A DNA stretch of 64,000 nt. Source: Myxococcota bacterium (lineage in GTDB: Bacteria > Myxococcota_A > UBA9042 > DTJE01). Below, one piece after another: positions 36,014 through 46,280 of this stretch (the first letter of the stretch is position 1; every line of letters begins with the position of its first letter). The notes under the pieces were generated by a model. That model was not told the DNA's origin, ran no database searches, and was given only the letters and a program-made list of their open reading frames with translations. Where the stretch lies: NCBI GenBank assembly GCA_017994695.1, contig JAGOKF010000010.1, forward strand, positions 230 through 64,229, read 5' to 3'. Position numbers and translations under genes: made by a program.

Positions 36014-38557
36014 CTACTCCCAGGCGATCGCCAGGGGAGTGAGGGGATTCAGCAGGTCGGGATGCCTGGGAACGACCCGTGCCGCGAATCCCATCCGGCC
36101 GGCCCGACGGCAGACCGCCCGGGCGACGAAGAGGTGTTCGCTCCCCTGCTGCCCGGCCGGTTCCGCACGGACCACCTCCGCCTGCTGGACCTGCTGGTCG
36201 GGGCCCAGGGGGCCGATCCGGACCTCCACCGAGACCTCGTCGGGCCCCAGGTCTCCCAGGACGACCCGGACGGGGATTTCCAGGGTCTGCCCCAGTTCCA
36301 CCTCCTCGACCGGGAAGTCCCCCAGGGAGATTCGCACCTGACCCCAGGCGGCGGCCACCCGGGCCCTCCACTGGGCCAGGGCCTCGGGACCCGCCAGCCC
36401 GCCCTCCCGCCAGCGCCGTCCCAGGCGATGACCCGGCAGGTAGGCCTGTTCCGTGTATTCCCGGAGCATCCGGTGGGTGTTGAACCGCCCGCCGATCTTC
36501 CGGATGCTGGCCTTCATCATGCGGATCCATTCCCGGGGCAGTCCCGATCGGTCCCGGTCGTAGAACAGCGGGACGATCTCGCTTTCCAGCAGATGGAACA
36601 GGGCCTCCGACTCCAGGCGGTCCTGCTCCTCGGCGTCCGGATGGACGGTCCCGTCCCCGATGGCCCAGCCCAGGTCGGGCTCGTAGCCCTCGGCCCACCA
36701 TCCGTCCAGCACCGAGCAGTTCAGGGCCCCGTTGGCCGCGGCCTTCATCCCCGAGGTCCCCGAGGCCTCCAGGGGCCGCCTGGGGGTGTTCAGCCAGACA
36801 TCCACGCCCTGCACCAGGTACCGGGCGGCATGCATGTCGTAGTCCTCCAGGAACACCAGGTGCCCCGCCAGGCGGGGATCCCGGGCGAAGGCGACGACCG
36901 ACCGGATCAGTTCCTTGGCCGGGAAGTCCTGGGGATGGGCCTTGCCCGCGAAGACGATCTGCACGGGCCTCTCGGGATGGGTCAGCAGGCGGATCAGGCG
37001 CTCCGGCTGCCGGAACAGCAGCCCGGCCCGCTTGTAGGTCGCGAATCGCCGGGAGAATCCCAGGGTGAGGACCGCCGGGTCCAGGACCTCCATCGCCGCC
37101 GTCTGGGCCGACAGGCCCGCCCCCTGGCGTCGCACCTGGGCGGTCATCCGCTTGCGGACGAAGAAGACCAGGCGCTCCTTGCGGACCTGGTGGGTCCGCC
37201 ACAGCTCCGAGTCGGGGATCGTGTCCACCTTGTCCCAGAGCCCCGCATCACCCGGGTCCTCGGCCCACCGCGGGCCCAGGTAGCGCAGGAACAGGTCCGC
37301 CATGTCGTGGCTGACCCAGGTCCGCGTGTGGACCCCGTTGGTCACGTGGTGCAGGGGCACCTCCTCGGCCGGCAGTCCCGGCCAGAGGTCCTTCCACATC
37401 TCCCGGGCCACCTCCCCGTGGAGCGCGCTGACCCCGTTGCTGAAGGCCGCCGTGTGCAATGCCAGCACGGTCATGCCGAAGGAACCGCCGCTCTGGGGGC
37501 CGTCATGCCCCATCGCCAGCAGCCGTTCCGGCGAAAGCCCGATTTCTCGGGCCAGGGGACCCAGGTAGCGCAGGACCAGTTCCTGGTCGAAGACCTCGTT
37601 GCCCGCGGGAACCGGCGTGTGGGTGGTGAAGACGCTGGTCGCCCGGACCATCTCCAGGGCGGCCTCCAGGGACAGGCCCTCCTCCCGGACCAGGTGGCGA
37701 AGACGCTCCAGGACCAGGAAGGCCGAGTGCCCCTCGTTCATGTGATAGACCGTCGGGACATGGCCCATCTCGCGAAGGGCCCGGACCCCGCCCACCCCCA
37801 GGACGACCTCCTGGCGGATGCGCATCTCCCGGTCCCCTCCGTAGAGGGTCGAGGTGACCTCGCGCTGCCTGGGCGAGTTCTCGGGAAGGTTGGTGTCCAG
37901 CAGCAGCAGGGGCGTGCGTCCCACCTGGACCCTCCAGATCCGGGCCGCCACGGACTCCCCGGCCAGGTCCACGTGGACCATCCTGGGACGCCCCTGGTCG
38001 TCCTTTTCCTGGTGCACGGGCATGTTGTACCAGTCGTTGTCCGGGTAGGTCTCCCCCTGCCACCCGTCGGGGTTCAGGACCTGCCGAAAGTACCCCTTCT
38101 GGTAGAGCAGCCCGATCCCGATGAGGGGAAGACCCAGGTCCGATGCCGTCTTCAGGTGATCCCCCGACAGCACTCCCAAGCCGCCCGAGTAGATGGGAAG
38201 ACCGGCATCCAGGCCGTACTCCGTGCTGAAATAGGCCACCAGCATGTCCCGCTCGGTCCCGTGCTGGCGGTGGTACCATCCCGGTTTCGCCAGATCCCGC
38301 TGGAACTGCTCGTGAACCCGGTTCAAGGTCGCGACGAACGACTCGTCCCGGGCGAGTTCCTCCAGGTGTTCCTGGGGGATGCGCCCCAGCATGGCCACGG
38401 GATTCTGGTGGCATTCCTCCCAGAGCCCGGGCTCGATCCGGATGAACAGCTGGATGGCGTCCCAGTTCCACGAATACCAGAGGTTGTTGGCCAGGGTCCA
38501 CAGGGGTTCCAGGGAAGCCGGCAACCGGGGCCGGACCTGGAAGGAATGGATCTTCAT
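36014..38557 (-). CDS. glgP: Alpha-glucan (glycogen/maltodextrin) phosphorylase, GT35 family with DUF3417 N-terminus
   Basis: PLP-Lys motif EASGTSGMKAAANG. Phosphorylase fold throughout. ATG 38555-38557 (MKIHSFQVRP...). Confidence 0.85.
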   Translation of the reverse strand: MKIHSFQVRPRLPASLEPLWTLANNLWYSWNWDAIQLFIRIEPGLWEECHQNPVAMLGRIPQEHLEELARDESFVATLNRVHEQFQRDLAKPGWYHRQHGTERDMLVAYFSTEYGLDAGLPIYSGGLGVLSGDHLKTASDLGLPLIGIGLLYQKGYFRQVLNPDGWQGETYPDNDWYNMPVHQEKDDQGRPRMVHVDLAGESVAARIWRVQVGRTPLLLLDTNLPENSPRQREVTSTLYGGDREMRIRQEVVLGVGGVRALREMGHVPTVYHMNEGHSAFLVLERLRHLVREEGLSLEAALEMVRATSVFTTHTPVPAGNEVFDQELVLRYLGPLAREIGLSPERLLAMGHDGPQSGGSFGMTVLALHTAAFSNGVSALHGEVAREMWKDLWPGLPAEEVPLHHVTNGVHTRTWVSHDMADLFLRYLGPRWAEDPGDAGLWDKVDTIPDSELWRTHQVRKERLVFFVRKRMTAQVRRQGAGLSAQTAAMEVLDPAVLTLGFSRRFATYKRAGLLFRQPERLIRLLTHPERPVQIVFAGKAHPQDFPAKELIRSVVAFARDPRLAGHLVFLEDYDMHAARYLVQGVDVWLNTPRRPLEASGTSGMKAAANGALNCSVLDGWWAEGYEPDLGWAIGDGTVHPDAEEQDRLESEALFHLLESEIVPLFYDRDRSGLPREWIRMMKASIRKIGGRFNTHRMLREYTEQAYLPGHRLGRRWREGGLAGPEALAQWRARVAAAWGQVRISLGDFPVEEVELGQTLEIPVRVVLGDLGPDEVSVEVRIGPLGPDQQVQQAEVVRAEPAGQQGSEHLFVARAVCRRAGRMGFAARVVPRHPDLLNPLTPLAIAWE

Positions 38558-38714
38558 CGCTGCCTCGCTCCAACGAGTGGTCGAGCGGCCGTCGCCCGCG
38601 GGCGATAGGGAAACAAAGGACGGCCTTCCGGTCAAGAGGAACGATGGGCCCGCCGGGACCCGCGACCGCTCGGCAGAAGCACGCGGGACCTCGGTGCCGA
38701 TGCGGGGACGGAGG

Positions 38715-39215
38715 TCACCAGGCCCGCAGACCGCCGTACAGGGCCCGGGACCGCCGGTGATCCCGGCGCATCAGGAAGGAGACCCGCCGGGCATACCGCT
38801 CACCCGCTGCGCCGACCAGCACGCCCTCGTTGTAGTGGGCGACCCACCACGGGGCACCCGTGAGCGAGGAGGCCCGCCGTTCCTGGACGTAGGACAGAAT
38901 CGAGATCCCCGCCCGGATGTTGCGGTGCCGGTCCAGCAGATCGTCGCAGGATCCCAGGCGCAGGGCCTCCTTCCAGGCCCGGCAGTTGACCTGGAAGCGC
39001 CCGTAGTTGCCCTGGGAGACGACCCGGTCCCTCCGGCCGTCGGCCTCGGGGATGTTGCCCGTCTCCGCCCGGGCAACGGCGAGCGCCACGTGAGGATTGA
39101 CCCCCTGGACCAGGGAGACCAGCACGATCTCGGTCTCCGGGGACCATCGATCCGGGTCCAGCGGTCCCTCGGCCGTGGCGGCCACGGCTGCCGTCAGCAA
39201 CAGGATTGTCAACAT
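38715..39215 (-). CDS. Secreted lytic transglycosylase (SLT-domain) protein
   Basis: Signal peptide MLTILLLTAAVAATA. Catalytic region ARAETGNIPEA...GNYGRFQVN. Strong RBS GGGGGAGGAGAGG. The rest of ORF 38715..41072 is junk. Confidence 0.65.
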   Translation of the reverse strand: MLTILLLTAAVAATAEGPLDPDRWSPETEIVLVSLVQGVNPHVALAVARAETGNIPEADGRRDRVVSQGNYGRFQVNCRAWKEALRLGSCDDLLDRHRNIRAGISILSYVQERRASSLTGAPWWVAHYNEGVLVGAAGERYARRVSFLMRRDHRRSRALYGGLRAW

Positions 39216-39446
39216 GACCTCTCCTCCCCCGCCGGGCCGGCGTCCCGAGGAAGCCGACATGACGGGACGTCGCGGGGACCGACCAGGGCGGCCCCCGGGA
39301 CCGTAGGACGTGATTGTAACCATTCCGTCGGGTTTGACCAGGGGGAAGGCCCGGTCGTCTTGCCGGATGGCCGATTTCGGGGATAATCCGCTGCGGGCGG
39401 AAGGTCCCATGGGCGGGACCGGGCCCCGCAACGGAGGAGGATTCCC

Positions 39447-40490
39447 ATGGCGATGGTTTCCCTGCGGCAACTGCTGGATCACGCGGCCGAGCACGGATAC
39501 GGGGTCGGGGCATTCAACGTCAACAACATGGAACAGATCCAGGCGATCCTGGAGGCGGCCCGGGAGACCGAGTCCCCGGTGATCGTCCAGGCCTCCCGGG
39601 GAGCCCGGAAGTACACCAACGACCGCTTCCTGTACCACCTGATGCTGGCGGCCGTGGAACTCTACCCGGAGATCCCCATCGTGCTGCACCAGGACCACGG
39701 CAACAGCCCCGACACCTGCGCCTCGGCCATCGAGAACGGCTTCACCTCGGTGATGATGGACGGGTCCCTGATGGAGGACGGCAAGACCCCGGCCACCTTC
39801 GAGTACAACGTCGAGGTGACCCGGAAGGTGGTGGACCTGGCCCACCGGAAGGGGGTCAGCGTCGAGGGGGAACTGGGGGTCCTGGGCCACCTCTCGGGCC
39901 ACGCCGGGGAGAAGGAGGACGGCCACGGCGCCGAGGGGGTGCTTCGCCGGGAGGACCTGCTGACGGACCCGGACCAGGCGGCGGAGTTCGTGCGGCAAAC
40001 CGGGGTGGACGCCCTGGCGGTGGCCATCGGGACCAGTCACGGGGCCTACAAGTTCACCTCGCGGCCGACGGGGGAGGTCCTGGCGATGGACCGGATCGAA
40101 GAGATCCACCGCCGCCTGCCCAACACCCACCTGGTCATGCACGGGTCCTCGTCGGTGCCCCAGGAACTCCAGGACCTGATCAACCGGTACGGCGGCCGGA
40201 TGAAGCAGACCTACGGAGTGCCCATCGAGGAGATCCAGCGGGGCATTCGCCACGGCGTGCGGAAGATCAACGTGGACACCGACAACCGGATGGCCATCAC
40301 CGCGGCCATCCGGAAGGTCTTCGCCGAGACCCCCGAGAAGTTCGACCCCCGGGACTACCTGGGACCGGCCCGGGACATGATGAAGAAGGTGGTTGCGGAG
40401 CGGATGGTGCAGTTCGGCCAGGCCGGTCAGGCCCCGAAGATCCGGGCGATCCCCCTGTCGGAGATGGTGAAGTACTACGGGCTTTCCTGA
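39447..40490 (+). CDS. fba: Class II fructose-1,6-bisphosphate aldolase
   Basis: Full-length match to class II FBA (HLDHG-type region [14 protein letters not shown]). RBS GGAGGAGG 6 nt before ATG. Confidence 0.9.
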   Translation: MAMVSLRQLLDHAAEHGYGVGAFNVNNMEQIQAILEAARETESPVIVQASRGARKYTNDRFLYHLMLAAVELYPEIPIVLHQDHGNSPDTCASAIENGFTSVMMDGSLMEDGKTPATFEYNVEVTRKVVDLAHRKGVSVEGELGVLGHLSGHAGEKEDGHGAEGVLRREDLLTDPDQAAEFVRQTGVDALAVAIGTSHGAYKFTSRPTGEVLAMDRIEEIHRRLPNTHLVMHGSSSVPQELQDLINRYGGRMKQTYGVPIEEIQRGIRHGVRKINVDTDNRMAITAAIRKVFAETPEKFDPRDYLGPARDMMKKVVAERMVQFGQAGQAPKIRAIPLSEMVKYYGLS

Positions 40491-41968
40491 TGTCCCGCCG
40501 GCTGCCGGGACGTTCCGGCGGTGGCCCCCCATCCCAGGGTTTCCAGCAGGTCCCGGGGTTCCAGGCCAAAGAGGGAGCGGGACCATACCGCCACCGCCTC
40601 GGGGACGTCGGCGGACAGCGCGAGGCAGCGCAGGAAGGCGTCGGCCAGGAGATCGAGGGTCTCGGGGGCGGTCCCCTCGCACCAGCGGCGTTTCCAGTCC
40701 TCCCGGAGCCGGTCTGCGAGTTCCCCGGAGAGGCGCCGGATCCGCTCCCGGACCCAGTCCCGCCTGGAGGTCAGTTCGACGGGATCCGGTTGCAGCCCGA
40801 TGTCGGGCCGATCGACGTCGTGGGTGATGTCGGTCTGCTCCAGCACGTCGGAGACCGCGGCCCGGTAGGACTGGTCCCCCAGGCGCATCGTGGCGTCCAG
40901 TTGCAGCCGGAGGGACTGGCGGATCCGGCGCCCGGAGAATCGCAGGACCTGAGGCTCGACGCGGACCTTCGCGACCTCCCGGGTCCGGGTCCGGCACTCC
41001 GATCGGGTCCCGGTGACGGTGACCTGCTTCCCGTTCTCCCAGCGGGTGGACGTCACGGGAACCTGGGTCCACTCGCAGTACTCCTCGAGATCCGAGTAGG
41101 GGACCTGGATCACGTAGGCATGTTCCAGGGGGATCTCCTCCGACGCGCTGCGGGCCACCAGGGTTCCCCGGGCCTCGACAGTCACCCGGGAGGCGCTGCG
41201 GGGGTCGAACCAGGGGGTGGACTGGAGGGCCTCCGACAACATCCCCCGCAGGTCCTCGAGTTCCGCTTCCTCGAACCCGCCGACGCCCATGGACCCGGCC
41301 TCGAGCACCCCGAACCGCCCGGCCGCCAGGGCCAGCCGGAAGGGAGAATCGAGGGTCTTCTGGACCCCGAAGACCGCACAGTAGCGGGCCAGGAACTCCG
41401 CGAAGAACGGGGCCCTGGGGGAGGCGATCCTCCAGAGGGCCTCGCAGTGGCCTGTCCCGGCCCGGACGACCTGCTCCTGCCGCTCGTTCCAGAGGCGGAC
41501 GCCGTTGTAGCCATCCCCGAACACGTCCCGGTGGTTCTCAAGGAACCGGGCGACGGCCAGGGGCCGGGTCCAGAGAGGCCGGAGACGTTCGTCCAGGATG
41601 GACACCAGGGCCGCGGCCTCCTGGTCGTACTCGGGACCGGTGTCGGCCGGGACGGCCATTTCCCAGGCCCGTGCCTGGACAACCACCCGTTTCATCCCGT
41701 CCAGAGCCTCGTCGAGGCTGCCCGAGAGCCGGAGGGAACGGACCCTCTGGAGGGCCTTCCGGACCCAACCGCTCCGGGCCCGTGCAAGCCCCTGCTGCAG
41801 ATCCGCGTCCCCCGGCCGGGACTCGAGGGCCTTCCGGTAGAACGCCTCCGCCTCCCCGTAGGACTCCCGGGCCAGCAGATCCTCCCCCACGCGATCTCTC
41901 CGGTCCGTGGCGCCGGTGGACACGCAGGCGGAAAAGGCCAGGATTCCCGCGGCGATTGCCCTGGTCAT
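40475..41968 (-). CDS. Lipoprotein, hypothetical (TPR-like N-terminal helices)
   Basis: Lipobox [25 protein letters not shown] 4 nt before ATG 41968. Confidence 0.6.
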   Translation of the reverse strand: MTRAIAAGILAFSACVSTGATDRRDRVGEDLLARESYGEAEAFYRKALESRPGDADLQQGLARARSGWVRKALQRVRSLRLSGSLDEALDGMKRVVVQARAWEMAVPADTGPEYDQEAAALVSILDERLRPLWTRPLAVARFLENHRDVFGDGYNGVRLWNERQEQVVRAGTGHCEALWRIASPRAPFFAEFLARYCAVFGVQKTLDSPFRLALAAGRFGVLEAGSMGVGGFEEAELEDLRGMLSEALQSTPWFDPRSASRVTVEARGTLVARSASEEIPLEHAYVIQVPYSDLEEYCEWTQVPVTSTRWENGKQVTVTGTRSECRTRTREVAKVRVEPQVLRFSGRRIRQSLRLQLDATMRLGDQSYRAAVSDVLEQTDITHDVDRPDIGLQPDPVELTSRRDWVRERIRRLSGELADRLREDWKRRWCEGTAPETLDLLADAFLRCLALSADVPEAVAVWSRSLFGLEPRDLLETLGWGATAGTSRQPAGHQESP

Positions 41969-42123
41969 GGGGACCTCCTTGGGGGCATCAGTCTCCCCCG
42001 GGGAAGCCAGGCGGTCAAGCCTGGGGACAGTCCCCTTTTTCAGCCAGCGTTTCCATCAAGAAAACAGATGGTTGAGGATGATAAAAAGGTGACTGTCCCC
42101 GGATTTTCGGCTACCCTGGCGAC

Positions 42124-42858
42124 ATGGATCGCCCGACCCTTCGCCCCGGCGCCGGCCCCCGCAAGCGGTGGTGGTGGATCCCCCTCGCCATGGCGGTCGG
42201 CGGGGTGTGGTCCTGCGGGTTCCGGGGACGGGCGGGCCGGCCGCTGGAACCGGAGGAGGCCCCACCCCGCCCCTGGGTGATCGTCCCGGGTGCCCGGGTG
42301 CTCCCGGATGGACGCCCCTCGCCGGCCCTGGAGGACCGGCTGGCCTGCGCGCTGGAACTCCGCCGCCGGGGCCTCGCGGCAAAGGTGCTCGTTTCGGGCA
42401 ACGCCGCCTCGCCCTGGGGCGACGAAACGGAGGCGATGCGGACCTGGCTCCTCTCCCGGGGGGTGCCCGAGGACGACGTCCGGCTCGATCCCGAGGGAAT
42501 CCGGACGCTGGCCACCCTGGACCGGGCGATCCGGGTCTTCGGCATCCCCGCCGCCCTGGTCTGCAGCCAGGCCTACCACCTGCCCCGGATCCTCTACCTC
42601 TCCCGGGCCGTGGGCCTGGACGCGACCGGCGTGGTCGCGTCGGGGCATCCGGTCCCGCTGCGGGACCGACTCCGGGAGGTGCTGGCCTGGATCCGGGCGG
42701 TGATCGACGTGTCCCGGATCAATGGGCTCGACAGGACTCCAGAACCTGGTCCCGGGTCTTCGGGCAGAAGGATCCCTTCCCCAGGTAGCTATCCCACAGC
42801 ATCTCCTGGAAGCGCTTTCCCTTCAGCGGAGGGCCCAGGGGATGGCCGTCCCGGGTGA
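42124..42858 (+). CDS. sanA: SanA/YdcF (DUF218) family protein
   Basis: N-terminal TM, then DUF218 core (VIVPGARV...LVSGN...AYHLPR). Low-complexity C-terminal tail overlaps the convergent gene by 140 nt. Confidence 0.6.
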   Translation: MDRPTLRPGAGPRKRWWWIPLAMAVGGVWSCGFRGRAGRPLEPEEAPPRPWVIVPGARVLPDGRPSPALEDRLACALELRRRGLAAKVLVSGNAASPWGDETEAMRTWLLSRGVPEDDVRLDPEGIRTLATLDRAIRVFGIPAALVCSQAYHLPRILYLSRAVGLDATGVVASGHPVPLRDRLREVLAWIRAVIDVSRINGLDRTPEPGPGSSGRRIPSPGSYPTASPGSAFPSAEGPGDGRPG

Positions 42859-43294
42859 TCCGGGTCCCCTCCCCGGGGACGTACAGCATCTCCAGCACCG
42901 TGCCGTCCCGGACCTCGGTGCGCATCATCGCGATGAAGGCCTCGGCCTGCCGACGGTCCTCCTCGGTGAGGTCCGGGGGCATCCGGGGTTCGGTGACCTT
43001 GCGGGTCTCCGACTCGAGGCGCCGATCGGACACGGTCCGGACGAACTCCTGGCGGATCATCTTCACCCGGTCGTCCCGGACCATCGCGACGGGATCGCAG
43101 GATCCGTCCTCCGTGTAGATCCCCAGCACGAAGACGTCGAGGGTGTACTTCTCCCGCAAGCCCAGACCCACCAGCCGCAGGGTCTTCCCACCCCTCTCCA
43201 GGGAGTCGGGGAAGGTTCGGCCGTAGGCCTCCCGTCCTGCGGCCCCGGCGGGCAGCAGAGCCGCCACCAGCATCATCGCAGCGATCCGCTTCAC
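42719..43294 (-). CDS. Chalcone-isomerase-like (Chalcone_3) periplasmic protein
   Basis: GTG start 43292-43294 preceded by AGGAGGAA. Signal VKRIAAMMLVAALLPAGAAG. Core FPDSLERGGKTLRLVGLGLREKYTLDVFVLGIY. Confidence 0.6.
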   Translation of the reverse strand: MKRIAAMMLVAALLPAGAAGREAYGRTFPDSLERGGKTLRLVGLGLREKYTLDVFVLGIYTEDGSCDPVAMVRDDRVKMIRQEFVRTVSDRRLESETRKVTEPRMPPDLTEEDRRQAEAFIAMMRTEVRDGTVLEMLYVPGEGTRITRDGHPLGPPLKGKRFQEMLWDSYLGKGSFCPKTRDQVLESCRAH

Positions 43295-43364
43295 CGACTG
43301 TTCCTCCTGCCGTGCAGGCTGGGAACCGCCCGCCCGGCGACCGCGGTTCCCGCCATGTCCGCCG

Positions 43365-43844
43365 TCACAGGATCCGCGAGAGCCAGCGCCGGCTGGCCCG
43401 ATCCATGGCCTTCCGGTCGGGCACCCACCACCGGATGCCATGGGAGTCCGCCACCAGCACCCCGCCCTTGCCGACGAGCCGGATGTGCTCGTCCGCCGTG
43501 ACCAGGAACGAGGCGGGGCCCCGGTCGGTCTCCACCTCCCAGAGGGACGGGTAGTCCACCGGGGAAATGGACCGGATGCGGCGGATCACTGGCAGGAATT
43601 CCCACCGCTCCATCTCTTCCTCGACGAGTCGGCGGTCCCCGGGAGGAAGCCGGTCCAGGCGAGGGACCCAGCCCACCTCCCTGCCCCCTTCGTCGCAGAA
43701 AGCCACCAGTCCCTCGGGGTCCGACAGCGGGAAGGCCCGGACGGGCATCACCCCCACCACCTCGGTGCCGTCCGGCCTCCGCAGGACCAGGCGGCCCCGG
43801 GAATCGATCCGGAACCCGAAGTCCGTGGACACCCCGCCGCTCAT
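43365..43844 (-). CDS. Conserved hypothetical protein coupled to ABC exporter (possibly DUF1854-like)
   Basis: 159 aa. ATGA overlap with ABC exporter stop. RBS GGGGGAGG. Confidence 0.5.
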   Translation of the reverse strand: MSGGVSTDFGFRIDSRGRLVLRRPDGTEVVGVMPVRAFPLSDPEGLVAFCDEGGREVGWVPRLDRLPPGDRRLVEEEMERWEFLPVIRRIRSISPVDYPSLWEVETDRGPASFLVTADEHIRLVGKGGVLVADSHGIRWWVPDRKAMDRASRRWLSRIL

Positions 43845-46120
43845 GCCCTCCCCCTCTCGACCTCCTGGCGGGCCTGGGCCTCCCAGAGCGCCCGGTACAG
43901 ACCCCCCGCCGCCATCAGGACCTCGTGGGTCCCTTCCTCGACCACCCGGCCTCCCTCCAGCACCACCACGCGGTCCGCCTTGCGCAGCGTGCTGAGCCGG
44001 TGGGCGATGGCGATGGTCGTCCTTCCCCGGACCAGGTGGTCCAGGGCTTCCTGGATCTCCATCTCCGTCCGGGTGTCCACCGAGGAGGTCGCCTCGTCCA
44101 GGACCAGGATCCTCGGGTCAATCAGGATGGCCCGGGCGATGCTGATGCGCTGGCGCTCCCCGCCCGAAAGGGTCTGCCCCCGCTCGCCGACCAGGGAGTC
44201 GTAGCCCTCGGGCAGTTGGAGGATGAAGTCGTGGGCCCGGGCGGCCCTCGCCGCGGCGACGATCTCGTCCCGGGTGGCCTCCGGGCGCCCGTAGGCGATG
44301 TTGTCGGCGATGGTCCCGTAGAAGAGGAACGGCTCCTGGAGCACGATGCCGATGTGCCTGCGGTAGTCCACCACGGCCATCTCCCGGAGATCGACGCCGT
44401 CCACCCGGATGGCCCCTTCGGTCGGGTCGCGGAACCGGCAGATCAGGTCCAGCAGCGTCGTCTTGCCCGCACCAGTGGGGCCGACGATCCCCACCATCTC
44501 CCCGGGGCGGATCCGGATCGTCACGTCCTCGATCACCCGTCGGCTGCCGTAGCGGAAGCCCACCCGATCCAGTTCCACCTCGCCCCGGACCGACCTCACC
44601 GGCACCGGCGTCGAAGGGTCGGGCACGCTGGGCATCCGGTCCAGGATCTCGAAGATCCGCTGGGCGCTGGCCGCCGCCCGCTGGGTCGATCCCCCCATCC
44701 GGGTCATCGCCTCGATCCGGGAGTAGAACCGGGCGATGTAGGCCAGGAACGCCGTCAGGACGCCCACCGTGATCTGCTGATCCCAGACCCGCCAGGCCCC
44801 GAAGGCCCAGGCGACCACCACGCCCAGCTGGTTCACCATCCCGACCGTGGGCCACAGGAACGTCCAGAGGCGGTTCACCTGGTTGTTGGAGGCCACGATG
44901 CGGGCGTTGGCCTCCTCGAAGCGCCGCACCTCCCGGCGCTCCTGGGCGAAGGCCTTCACCACCTTGATCCCCGGGATCGTGTCGGCCAGCATCGCCGTCA
45001 TCTCGGCCCAGGTGCGGCTGCTCCGGAGGAAGCCCTCCGAAAGTCGCTTCCGGGTCGCCCAGGTGGTCAGGAACACCACGGGCAAAGTCCCCAGGGTCGC
45101 GGCGGCCAGCACCGGGTCCATGTAGAAGAGCATCCCCGCCGATCCCAGCAGCATCAGCAGGTCCGTGGTGAAGTCGGTGAGGGTGTCCGACAGGAAATAG
45201 CAGATCCGGTCCGTGTCGCTGCCGATCCGGGAGACCAGGTCCCCGGTCCGGCGGGCGCTGAAGTAGTCGATGGACAGGGTCTGGAGGTGGGCGTAGGTGC
45301 GGTTCCGCAGCCCGGCACTGACCCGTTCCGAGAGGCTCGCCAGGACCCAGCCCTGGGCCCAGGCCAGCAGCCAGGCCGCGACGGCCGCGCCGAGCATCCC
45401 GGCCAGCAGCCAGGGCACCCGACCGAAGGTCGAGGCCCCCGTCTCCCGGAGCGACTCCAGTTCCTGCCGGACCTCCTCGGGTCTGCGCGAGGGGTCCTCC
45501 CGGAGGGTCCGGGTCTGCTCCTGGTAGGGGGTGAGGATCTCGTCCACCAGGGGCCAGGTGAGCAGGGGTGGCACCAGGCCGATTCCCGTCGATCCCAGCG
45601 TCAGCAGAACCCCGAGGACCAGGGACGCGAGGTGAGGCCTGGCGAAGGGCAGCAGGCGCAGGAGCACCCCGACGCGAGGCTTCTGGTCCGGGGCCGCCTC
45701 CTCGGGCTCCCGGGCCTCGTCCCCCGCTTCCTCGCCCCCGGCTGAAATCACCTCTGCCGGCGATCGCCGGAAGTCGTCCACGAACTTCCCGACCTCCGGC
45801 GCCAGGGCCACCGTGTAGTGCCACCGCCCCAGCAGCCGTTCCCGGGAGCGGGCTTCCAGGGTTCCCAGGCCGGACCGATCCCGGTGCACCAGTTCGACAA
45901 CGTCCTCCCTGGGAATGCTCAGGATCCGGGGTTCCCCGCCCTGCCCCACTTCGACGGCCACCAGTTCCCGGTCGGTCAGGGCAAGGAGGGTGGGCCGAAA
46001 ACTCCGCCGGGAGTCGAGGTCCAGCCAGAGGATGCGGGCAGGCACGCTTCCCAGGGCCCGGACCAGCGCCTGGTGCAGCGCGGCCCGGGCGGCATCCGCT
46101 GCGGGTTCCTTCCGGTCCAA
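43841..46120 (-). CDS. ABC exporter, fused permease + ATP-binding domains, with ~160-aa N-terminal cytoplasmic domain
   Basis: Six TM helices. Walker A GPTGAGKTT, signature LSGGERQR, Walker B ILVLDEAT. No in-frame ATG in the first ~300 codons, so a TTG start at 46118-46120 (GAGGGAAA upstream) is inferred. Confidence 0.75.
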   Translation of the reverse strand: MDRKEPAADAARAALHQALVRALGSVPARILWLDLDSRRSFRPTLLALTDRELVAVEVGQGGEPRILSIPREDVVELVHRDRSGLGTLEARSRERLLGRWHYTVALAPEVGKFVDDFRRSPAEVISAGGEEAGDEAREPEEAAPDQKPRVGVLLRLLPFARPHLASLVLGVLLTLGSTGIGLVPPLLTWPLVDEILTPYQEQTRTLREDPSRRPEEVRQELESLRETGASTFGRVPWLLAGMLGAAVAAWLLAWAQGWVLASLSERVSAGLRNRTYAHLQTLSIDYFSARRTGDLVSRIGSDTDRICYFLSDTLTDFTTDLLMLLGSAGMLFYMDPVLAAATLGTLPVVFLTTWATRKRLSEGFLRSSRTWAEMTAMLADTIPGIKVVKAFAQERREVRRFEEANARIVASNNQVNRLWTFLWPTVGMVNQLGVVVAWAFGAWRVWDQQITVGVLTAFLAYIARFYSRIEAMTRMGGSTQRAAASAQRIFEILDRMPSVPDPSTPVPVRSVRGEVELDRVGFRYGSRRVIEDVTIRIRPGEMVGIVGPTGAGKTTLLDLICRFRDPTEGAIRVDGVDLREMAVVDYRRHIGIVLQEPFLFYGTIADNIAYGRPEATRDEIVAAARAARAHDFILQLPEGYDSLVGERGQTLSGGERQRISIARAILIDPRILVLDEATSSVDTRTEMEIQEALDHLVRGRTTIAIAHRLSTLRKADRVVVLEGGRVVEEGTHEVLMAAGGLYRALWEAQARQEVERGRA

Positions 46121-46280
46121 CCCGTTTCCCTCGCCGGTTCCGGTGCGAGTCTACACGGGAACGCCGCCGGCGCTCCATCCCCGGACCTTCCACCCGGGGC
46201 GATTGTGCCACTCTGGAAGCCGGCGTATCATCATGCCCCTGTTCGGTGGCCCCCTTCGGTTCGTTCGCAGGAGAGGACGG
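46121..46280. promoter_or_regulatory. Divergent promoter region (ABC exporter <-> cphA pair)
   Basis: 160-bp non-coding gap between divergently oriented first codons. Confidence 0.3.

Noticed and set aside
32570-38608. 2012-aa plus-strand ORF spanning several genes
   Set aside because: Arg/Gly/Pro/Asp/Val/Gln-rich low-complexity translation. It lies antisense to well-supported GH36 and GlgP genes. Typical stop-poor antisense frame in ~70% GC DNA.
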